Assembly: GCA_963729895.1 (NCBI GenBank)
Contig: CAVSQB010000012.1
Span: forward strand, 75,998-139,997
DNA from: an uncultured Fibrobacterota bacterium
GTDB lineage: Bacteria > Fibrobacterota > Chitinivibrionia > Chitinivibrionales > FEN-1185
Direction of reading: 5' to 3'
DNA length: 64,000 nucleotides
Shown here: positions 20,330 through 29,400 of the stretch, in pieces
How the letters are laid out: every line of letters begins with the position of its first letter
Position numbering within the stretch: position 1 is the stretch's first letter
Position numbers and translations under genes: made by a program
Notes under the pieces: generated by a model
What the model was told of the DNA's origin: nothing
Seen by the model: the letters and a program-made list of their open reading frames with translations, nothing else
Databases searched by the model: none

Positions 20330-20935
20330 CTACTGGCCGGCGATCTCGTTGCATACAATGGCGACGACTTCTTGTTGCGTTTGTTTGAGGTCGTCGTTGA
20401 CAACAGTGTATTCGTATTTTCCTTCGGTTTTTGCGAAGTCCATTTCCTTGACTGCGTTCGTAAGCCGAAGCTCGATGGTTTCGTCGCTGTCGGCTCCCCG
20501 GCCTTTAAGGCGCTGCCGCAGGATTTCAATGGATGGAGGAAGCACCATTATTCCAACGGCGAGGGGATACGCGGCATCGAATTTCTTTTTGCCCACAACA
20601 TCTATGTCCATGATAATGTGCCTGCCCGACGCGATTACATCGTCGACAAAACGGCGCGGCGTGCCGTAGTAGTTGCCGTGAACGATTGCCCATTCGGCAA
20701 ATTCGCCGGCGGCGATCTTCCGTTTGAATTCGTCTTCGCTGAGGAAGAAATAGTGCGTGCCGTCCTTTTCGCCCTTGCGCGGTTTTCGGGTCGTTGCGGA
20801 AATTGAATATACCAGGTTGGGTACGGTATCCCTCAGATAATTGAGCAGCGTCGTCTTGCCCGCTCCCGATGCCGCCGAAAAAACAAAAATCTTGCCCGGT
20901 TTGGCCGCAACAGGATGTTTCTTGGTGGTTATCAT
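20330..20935 (-). CDS. gmk: Guanylate kinase
   Basis: SAASGAGKTT, SISATTRKPR.GE.DG.HYFF, EWA.VHGNYYGT. Confidence 0.93.
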   Translation of the reverse strand: MITTKKHPVAAKPGKIFVFSAASGAGKTTLLNYLRDTVPNLVYSISATTRKPRKGEKDGTHYFFLSEDEFKRKIAAGEFAEWAIVHGNYYGTPRRFVDDVIASGRHIIMDIDVVGKKKFDAAYPLAVGIMVLPPSIEILRQRLKGRGADSDETIELRLTNAVKEMDFAKTEGKYEYTVVNDDLKQTQQEVVAIVCNEIAGQ

Positions 20936-21105
20936 GGTGTCCAGCCCGAACAAAAACCAGGGAGAGCGCGGCATAAACCATGGCTTGTCCCCTGCGCGGC
21001 ATAAACCCCCGGTGCGTACATTAAAGATACTTTTTGAAAACGGTTCCCCGGAGGAAATCCCAAAATTCTCAGCCTGCACAAGGAAGAGGACATTCTTCGC
21101 GGAAG

Positions 21106-21609
21106 TTATGTGCTCTTGACAAATACAACCTGGGGAAGCACATAACCGCCGGGTATGATTCCCGGCGGCATGTATTTTGTAAAGTCGCCCAGAGGGATTT
21201 GCCACGAACCGCTGCTAATCAGATCCACACGGATCCCCGTCCTGGGAATTCCGCAGTCTATGGAATCGAGCGTTTGGGTCATAAGGTTTATTTGCTTGCA
21301 GGACATCCGGTCCATCCAAACCGTATCTTGTTTAGTTGAGGAATTCGATGCGATTGACCATGTACCGGTTTCAATCTCCATGGTATCCGAGCCGTTGATG
21401 TTCACGGTAATCCGATAGTCGTACGAACTGTCGTACATCATTATAATATTAAACGTGGTGTCAGGATTGTAGCGAAGCGAAAAGGACCACGTGCCGATTA
21501 TCCTCGCGTCATTTTCCGGGACCTGGGGGTTACTCACAGTGTTGCTGCCGCATTGCGGCAGAAACACTCCCAAAACAATAGCCGCAAGAAACAGGCTCAT
21601 TCGTTTCAT
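21106..21609 (-). CDS. Hypothetical lipoprotein
   Basis: MKR + hydrophobic stretch + LPQC lipobox; IIGTW lipocalin-like start. Confidence 0.6.
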   Translation of the reverse strand: MKRMSLFLAAIVLGVFLPQCGSNTVSNPQVPENDARIIGTWSFSLRYNPDTTFNIIMMYDSSYDYRITVNINGSDTMEIETGTWSIASNSSTKQDTVWMDRMSCKQINLMTQTLDSIDCGIPRTGIRVDLISSGSWQIPLGDFTKYMPPGIIPGGYVLPQVVFVKST

Positions 21610-21762
21610 AGGGTCGTCCGTTCGCAAAAATAACCCGCACTGCTTGAAACAAATATAATGCAAACTGAATATTATATGTTGAATTATAGCGTTTTTGCCG
21701 AAGCAGGCAATCAGATGTATTTTTACAGGCAACATCCATCAAGATAGGAAACACGCCGGAAC

Positions 21763-23328
21763 ATGGAATCCGCACCGCCGCTTTGCCGAAGTCTTTGTGC
21801 AGTAGTGGCAGTCCCACCGGTCTGCGATTTTTATTTCACGCGTCATAGGTTCTCGTCGCTTGGCGCCAAAACTGTAAACCAGATTCTGCTCAACCTCGGG
21901 TTGAAAGCCATATTTCTTGATTTCGCATCGATCAACAAGCACCCTAAAGTGATTGATCTTCCACAAGATATTGGTTATCTGAGGAAATATGTTATTCCGG
22001 ACGAAACTGGAAGTCTGAGCTTCTTCACAAAATACCAGTTGTTCGGTCCTGAGCCTCATGAGTGCGCTGCAAAAATATGCGCGTTTTCACCGGCAATCTG
22101 TTTTCTAAGTTGCTTTGCGTACTCCTATGCTGAGGAACTGCTTGCTATTTCAAGAAATATAAAGAAACGGAGTCCGCACACTTTTGTAGTGGCGGGTGGT
22201 GCCGGAGTTAGCGCCTATCCGCTTTATTTTATTAGAGATAGCAGCATAAATTTCGCAATTGTCGGCGAAGCGGAGAGAAGCTTGCCTTCGTTCGTTAGTA
22301 CCATAATAAACAATCACTTAACGTTTGAGAGAGTTCCAAACGTGTTTTGGAAAAAAAACGGCATTGTTGTACCACCGGCAGAAATTGTGCCAGCGCCTTC
22401 CGAAACTATCGAACCGGTCGTGTCAAGGACGTATGAAAGTCGAAACTCAGTACATTTTTCGAGCTCGTTGACCAGGGGGTGCCCCAAACAGTGCAGATTC
22501 TGTTCCAATTCAATTTCTCATGGCACTGAGTTCAGGGTTGCTGGTCTCGAAAGGCTCGAAAACGCTTTCAATCGATTGAAAATCCATGAAATTTTACCAA
22601 AAAAGGCACTCTTCTTCAATTTTGAGGACGACAACCTGCTGCTGGACCCAGCGTATTTTCTTAAGATAATGAGCATGATCCGATCGCGATTTCCCCAAGC
22701 GAGATTCCTTGCCGAGAACGGTCTCGATCATTCCCTGCTTTCGTTTGATCTGGCGGATCAGTTGATCGAAGCAGGATTGGCCGGTTTCAATTTCACGTTT
22801 GGATCCGCCAACGACGAGGTTCTCTCCATTCAAAACCGTTTCCATTCTTTAGACCGTTTTGCCTCATTGGTCAGACACATATCCGGCAAAGGAATCGGTG
22901 TTCTCTCCTATTTTATCGCGGGCCTGAAAGGCGATACAAAACAAAATGTGGTTGAATCCCTTGCGTTTCTAGGCAGGCTGCCGACTCGGATTGGAATATC
23001 GATGTTCTATGCTGTTCCAGGACTTACAGACTTTAGAGAAACAGTTATTTTTGACAGGCTTAGCCCGAAAATTGGCAACGGTTCTTCGGCCTATCCATGG
23101 AATTCGACATTAACAACTTCAGAGCTTGTAACAGCATTTAGGCTAAGTAGATACATTAATTTATTGAAGTCGAAAAAGAAGTCGGATTTGGAACTGCGAT
23201 TGATTGAGAAAATCAAAGACGAAAAGAAACTGTTAACCTTAGTCAATGATAATAAGGCTGTTACAATCGTGGAAGTGCCGAACCTCGACAAAGAAATGGT
23301 GAGCTTGCTGCTGAAACAGTTGGAGTAA
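21763..23328 (+). CDS. B12-binding domain radical SAM protein
   Basis: VVAGGAGVS and IVGEAE in B12 domain; TRGCPKQCRFC; FEDDNL. Confidence 0.85.
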   Translation: MESAPPLCRSLCAVVAVPPVCDFYFTRHRFSSLGAKTVNQILLNLGLKAIFLDFASINKHPKVIDLPQDIGYLRKYVIPDETGSLSFFTKYQLFGPEPHECAAKICAFSPAICFLSCFAYSYAEELLAISRNIKKRSPHTFVVAGGAGVSAYPLYFIRDSSINFAIVGEAERSLPSFVSTIINNHLTFERVPNVFWKKNGIVVPPAEIVPAPSETIEPVVSRTYESRNSVHFSSSLTRGCPKQCRFCSNSISHGTEFRVAGLERLENAFNRLKIHEILPKKALFFNFEDDNLLLDPAYFLKIMSMIRSRFPQARFLAENGLDHSLLSFDLADQLIEAGLAGFNFTFGSANDEVLSIQNRFHSLDRFASLVRHISGKGIGVLSYFIAGLKGDTKQNVVESLAFLGRLPTRIGISMFYAVPGLTDFRETVIFDRLSPKIGNGSSAYPWNSTLTTSELVTAFRLSRYINLLKSKKKSDLELRLIEKIKDEKKLLTLVNDNKAVTIVEVPNLDKEMVSLLLKQLE

Positions 23329-23373
23329 CCATGCATTACTGAACTGTTGCCTTTAATTCTCCCGTCGAATTCC

Positions 23374-23715
23374 TCAAGTCCTGAAAATGAAATACACTGC
23401 CCCTACGAGGCACAAACCGGACCAGAGAAAATTTAGCCTCAATGGTTGCCTCATATAGAAGATTGCAAACGGCACAAACACACTGAGCGCGATCACTTCC
23501 TGAAGGATCTTAAGCTGCCCCAGGTTGAGCGCAGAATAGCCGATCCTGTTTGCAGGAACCTGGATCATGTATTCGAAGAACGCAATCGACCAACTCACGA
23601 TTGCAGCAATATACCACTTCCGGTCGAGCAGGTTTTTCAAGTGTGCGTACCATGCAAAGGTCATGAAGACGTTTGAAAGAATCAGGAGGCAGGTGGTTTT
23701 AAAAATTACCGGCAT
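23374..23715 (-). CDS. DMT-family membrane protein (DUF486-like)
   Basis: SNVFMTFAWYAHLK, SWSIAFFEY..QVPANRIG, QLKILQEVI. Confidence 0.88.
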   Translation of the reverse strand: MPVIFKTTCLLILSNVFMTFAWYAHLKNLLDRKWYIAAIVSWSIAFFEYMIQVPANRIGYSALNLGQLKILQEVIALSVFVPFAIFYMRQPLRLNFLWSGLCLVGAVYFIFRT

Positions 23716-23851
23716 AAGATCAGTTTCTCCTTTTTTACGAGTTCTCGCGTGTCGGATTTGAAAGAAAATAATTGAACTAACCGAGGGGTACTAAACTGGC
23801 GGAATCTATGCTGCGGTAACCGCAAGGGTTTCTTGACCGCTTGCGCCCTTG

Positions 23852-25049
23852 TGGCTATACCCCAATTACTTTCTCAGTCGAAATGGGAGTTTTCTCTTTG
23901 AATTGACCTCTGTATTCTTCAGGTGTTTTCCCCTTTAGTGATCCGTGTGGCCGTATCCGGTTGTAAATGTTCTTCCAATGTTCGATTATTCTTTCTGCGT
24001 CCTCTAATGAGATGAACCAGTTTTCATTCAAGCATTGGTCCCTGAATATCGAATTGAATGATTCTACAAAAGCATTCTGGCTGGGCTTGCCGGGCTGAAT
24101 GAATTCCTGCCTTACCTGGTTTCGTATTGCCCAGAGCATGAGTTCTTTGCTCCGGAATTCCGGGCCGTTATCAGTCAACAGAGCTTCCGGCTTTCCGTAC
24201 CTGGCCACCAGGTGGTCTAGAACTTGGCAGACTCCTAGTGCTGGAATAGAACGTGCTACCTTGATTGCAAGAGCCTCACGGGTGCAGTCATCGACAACAT
24301 TCAGGCATTTCAGCTTGCGCTTGTCGGAAGTACTGTCGAATATGAAATCCATTGACCAGCGACGGCTTGGCCGATCCGGCAGCGTCAACGGCATCCGTTG
24401 GCTATTGCGTTTCTGACGCCTCCTCCGCTTGCTTTTCTGAAGCGATTCTTCCTTGTAGAGCCGATGCACACGTTTGTGATTTACTATGTACCCAAGGTTG
24501 CGGAGATACCAATAAAGCGTCGGAAAGCCCCATGAACGGAACGATGAAATGGTTTCATGCATTTTTGTTTTCAACTCGCTGTTCAAAGCCGATTCCTGCG
24601 GTCGATAGCGGTACCCTGCCGGTGTCATACCCAGAAGTCCGCATGCTTTCCGTTGACTCAGGCCTTGCCGCATTAGTGCGTCCACAGTCAGCCTACGCTG
24701 AGGACGCTTCACTATTTTCTTTGCAGCACTTCCTTCATTGCATCGATCTGAAGTGCCTGGTCTGCAACAATCCGCTTGAGCCGGCTGTTTTCGCCCTCGA
24801 TCTCCTTCATCCTTTTCAGATCAGAGAGCTCAAGTCCGCTGTATTTGCTCTTCCAACGGAAGTACGTGTTCTCTGAAATACCATATTGACGACAAAGATC
24901 AGCGACTTTGGCTCCGCGGTCGCCCTCTTGCAGGATCCGAAAAATCTGCTCTTCACTGTAGCGCTTGCCTTTCATGAGTCCTCCTAGTTAGTTTAAAATA
25001 ACTCGGAAAACTCCCTTCTCAAATGAGCAAGTTTTCGGGGGTATAGCCA
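23852..25049 (-). mobile_element. IS3-family IS (IS407-like), orfA 24712-24975 and orfB 23855-24712
   Basis: Ends TGGCTATACCCC...GGGGTATAGCCA; 4-bp TSD CTTG (23848-23851; second copy split by neighbouring IS, 26406-26409); orfB WSMDF, TDNGPEF, NAFVESFN. Confidence 0.9.
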
Positions 25050-25050
25050 C

Positions 25051-26403
25051 TGAGATGGTCCGGGATTTTTGAACAGGAAATAATGGTTTCTTAGTTGGAT
25101 TCCGAGGGTATTTTTTCATTATCAAAGGAGTCCAACATGAACCGGAAGCAGCAAGCGAAGGCCGCCGCGATGTCCCCGAACAGCGATGGCAACCCCGCCA
25201 AGCGGACCCGCCGCAAGATCGACGACGCTCTGAAGACGAAGGTGGTTCTGGAAGCCTTGAAGGAGGCCGAACCGCTGTCCGTTTTGGCAAGTCGGTACGA
25301 AGTCCATCCCAACCAGATAGCTCAGTGGCGCAGGCAGTTTCTTGGCAACGCGCAGATGGCTTTTTCGGGAGACAAGAACGCCGAGCAAGAGCTTGAGCGC
25401 GTTCGCGGTGATCGCGATGAGTATGCACGCAAGGTCGGGGAGCTGACCATGGATGTCGAGTTCCTAAAAAAAAACTTGCGGAAGCTGGGCATGCTATGAG
25501 AGCAAAGATGGCCGATTCTACAAGCGAGGACTTGACTTTGAAGAGGCAGTGTTCGCTGCTTTCCATTTGTCGGACCTCGATTTACTATACGCCGCAGACT
25601 AGTCCGATGAACAAGTTGCTCATGGATCGTATCGATGAGCTATTCACCGATGACCCCACGCGGGGCACCAGAAGGCTCCGGGCGGCCATGAGGCGTCAGT
25701 TTGGGCTGGAGGTTGGGCGCAGCAAGATTCGCAGGCTGATGGCCCGTATGGGCCTCCACGCGATCTACCGGGCCCTGAACACCTCGAAGCCCAATAAGGC
25801 ACACAAGAAGTACCCGTATCTGCTTCGTGGCGTAGTGGTCAACCACCCCAACCAGGTGTGGAGCACCGATATCACCTACATCCGCCTCAACGGCGGCTTC
25901 GCTTACCTCTGCGCCGTTATCGACTGGTACAGTCGGTGCGTCCTTGCATGGCGTCTGTCGACCTCGCTGGACAGCGGCTTCTGCATCGAAGTTCTCAAGG
26001 AGGCACTGGCGAAGTACGGAGAACCGGAAATCTTCAACTCGGATCAGGGATGTCAGTTCACCAGCGAGGAGTTCACCTCGGTGCTCCTTGAACGCGGTAT
26101 CCGGATCAGCATGGACGGACGAGGGCGGGCGCTGGATAACGTGTTTGTCGAGAGGCTGTGGCGAACGGTCAAGTACGACGACATCTACATACGGGGGTAC
26201 AGCTCCGTTGCCGAGTGCCGCACCGGCCTTGCGGAGTTCTTTGAACGGTACAACAACCGGAGGGAGCACTCGTCCCTCCTTTACAACTATCCAATGGAAG
26301 TGTATATTGGTGAGGTAGTGCTATCAAAGGCAGCTTGACGAGCAAGACAGGCAAGGCCAACTAAGCAATCAGAAATTCCTGTCAAGAAAAGTCGACCATC
26401 TCA
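25051..26403 (+). mobile_element. IS3-family IS, orfA 25137-25499 and orfB 25496-26338, A9 frameshift signal at 25466-25474
   Basis: IRs begin TGAGATGGTC at both ends; 3-bp TSD CAC; orfB WSTDITY, NSDQGCQF, DNVFVERLWRTVKY. Confidence 0.9.
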
Positions 26404-29400
26404 CACTTGAACGCGAGCTTGAAGTAATTGCCGGTATCGTCCGTGTCCAGCCATATACGGCCGTTGTGGGCGATCATGACCATCTTGCAGAAGAACAGGC
26501 CCAGTCCCTTTGAATACTGGGAACCTTTGCTGTCGACCCGGGCATACTTATCGAACAGGAACCCTTTTTCTTCATCAGAAATCGGATTTCCAGAGTTGAA
26601 GAATGTGAGCATGTTCTCATTGTGCGCAATGTCGAGGCTGAGCACCACCCTCCCGCCTTTGGGAACATACTTGGCCGCGTTGCTGAAGATATTCTGCATG
26701 ACGCGTTCAACAAGGTAAAAATCAGCCTCAACCGCAAACAGGTCGCTGGTATTGTCAACAACAGAAACGGCAATGCCCTTCTCCTCGAACATCACATTGT
26801 GTTTGAGTTGGTCCGCCATGTCGAACAGAACGCTCCTGGTAAGCATTTCCTTTTTCAAGGTCAGTTTGCCGTCTTCCATTTTGCCGATGTCAAGCAAATT
26901 GGATGCAAGGCTCACGATGCTCAGGCAGCAGTCAGAAATAATGCGAGAGGTCTTGAGGATCTTCGGGTCGTTGGGATACTGCCGCGCAAGCAGCGTGGCG
27001 TTTCCCTCTATGCCGGAGGTGTAGTTTTTGATGTCGTGCACTATGGTGCCCCCGAGAATGTCTTTCATGCGCTCCGACTCAATCACCTTGACGCTGAAAT
27101 TCTGCAATTCCTTGTTCTTTTCCTCAATATCACTTGTCTGTTCCTTCACCTTTTTTTCCAGGTTACGGTTGAGGCGTTTGAATTCTTCCATCAGATAGGC
27201 ATTGTGCAGGAGCACGTCAGCCTGGGCGGAAAGGATCTGCGCGGCTTTCTTCGCGCTTTCCGAAAAAAGTCCGCTCACCATGTCATTGCCGAGGTAGACG
27301 CAGCCCATGTAATATTCGCCATGGCACAGCGGCACGCAAAGCACCGAACGAACCCTATCGGTGTCCGCCTTTTCAAGGTTTTCTTTCGGCGCATTCTTAA
27401 CAAGAACGATGGACTTTTGTTTCCTGGTTTCTTCAATGATCTTTTCCGAATAATGCATGTCTTTCGCATCCATCACCGCCCCGTCAAAATTCATTCCCAT
27501 GGTCTTGGCGGCAATACCATCCTCTTCGTTAGCCTCCAAAAGAATGCATCCGTATTGAGCGCCTGTGGCCTTGATCATGGCGGAAAGGATCTGCCTGAGC
27601 AGCGCGTCAAGGTTGTCTATTTCCCGCATGGACGCGCTCATTTCGTACAGCGTGTCAATGCGGAGCTGACTTACTTCCGACATCGAAGTCTGAAGATCGG
27701 CTTTTTTCTCCGGAGCATCCTTTTTGTATTCCATTATGATAATATCCACTTTATCTTTCAGGCGCTCCGTCTCAAGAACTGCTCCGCACTGATGGAAGAG
27801 CCTGTACGCGGCGTTGAACTGGTCCCTTGCGAGCCCGGGCAGGTTGCAATCCTCAAGGAACAAGCCGTAGTCGCGGAGGGACTTCGCTTCTTCGTAACGC
27901 ATATCAAGGGTGTGGTGTTTTTTGATTGCCTTCTGGAACAGATACTTTGCGACGCGGCGGCGACCTTTAAAAGCGTTGTACCAGGCAAGGCAGCGCAGGG
28001 CAGCACCCATGTGCGCGGGATATCTAATTCCCGAAAAATAAGCAAATGCAGAATTCTTTCCCAAGCCTTTTGGAATTTTAGAACCCTTAAAGATATTTTC
28101 ATTATCCAATCCACTAGTCTTACGATTAATTAGTATCTCGCAATGATCTGAATATGATGAAGCCACATATTCTTGACTTAGACTTTTCTCCTTGATTGTT
28201 CTTAATATCTCACTACTAACGCTCAATGATTGCGCCAAATTATTATTCAATAAGTTTATTTTTAGCAAATATTTGTTCGCAATCGTCCTTACCAAAGAGT
28301 CGTTGACACCATTTTGTCCACTTAGAATGTTCTCGCATTCATTTTTTTGCGAAATGCCCAATAACTCTTGCAAATATGATCTCGAACCTAACGAATTGAG
28401 CTTTCCTCTTGCGTCATTACATTCCGCACAAAGGTCATTTTCCTTGTTAAACATGACCAAGCTACGATTCAATTCGCCTCTTTTTTCATAGAGCCACCCC
28501 AAATTTTCAATGGGAACAATTTGTCCCCCAAAATCTCCAATTGATTGATAATCATGAAGGCTTGAGTCTATCAACAACTCCGCATCCTTCCATTTTGCAT
28601 CACAAATATGGATTAGACCCCCAGCAAATTTTGCAAAGGCAAGGATATCTCTTCGGTTTATCTCTTCCGAGATATGAATCGCCCTATCCATGTATTTGAA
28701 TGCCCGTCGTTTTAGAAACATTTGAAATGCTGGCACCATATGGAATGAGTACGTTTCGGCTTTTTCAAAACTATCTTCAAGACGATCCGCGTAGTTTAGC
28801 GCCTTAAAATGGGCATATAGAGCAAATATCATATCCTTAAAAAAGAAGGAATAAGACAATTTGTTCAGGATTCTTACTGAAAGAAGAATGCTTTGATTTC
28901 TTATTTTTGGAAGGAAGCGTTTAATTCCTGAAGAAAAACAAATTTGTACCACTACTTCAAACAATAACAGAAAAAATATATTGGGCTTCCTGAATGAATG
29001 TTTAGCTCCAAGTTGGTCTAATGCTTCTGTAAAGTATGTAATAGAATTGTCAAACTCTCCCATATTATGATAAATCGCCCCGACCCTATACTTTACTTCC
29101 AACTGTTGATATTTCTCAAGTGCCTCAGGTTTTTCCAGCAATTTCAAGAATGTGTTCAACGCCTGCTGGTTCCTTCCCGTCATCATCAACACATTTCCAA
29201 AGTCCATCTGCACCTTGATCAGGTCAACCGGAACAGACAGGCCGAGGCCGGGGCATTGCGAGGCCATCATGGAGGTGTTCCTGAAATACCGGGTGGCAAT
29301 GTCGAATGCGACTTTCTCAGAGGCGTAACGCGCAGCTTCGTAGCAGACCTGAATGGCCTTTACCAGGTTTTTACTCTTGAGATAATATTCCGCGGCATTG

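Noticed and set aside
20326..21205. Extended N-termini given by the ORF track for the FHA-ABC protein and gmk
   Set aside because: They overlap upstream genes; internal ATGs at 20325 and 20935 fit family lengths
26622..28133. Long antisense ORFs (also 18532-19953, 16026-17021, 36257-37447, 37946-39034, 50369-51589, 53717-54877)
   Set aside because: Shadow frames of well-supported genes on the opposite strand, with no recognisable motifs
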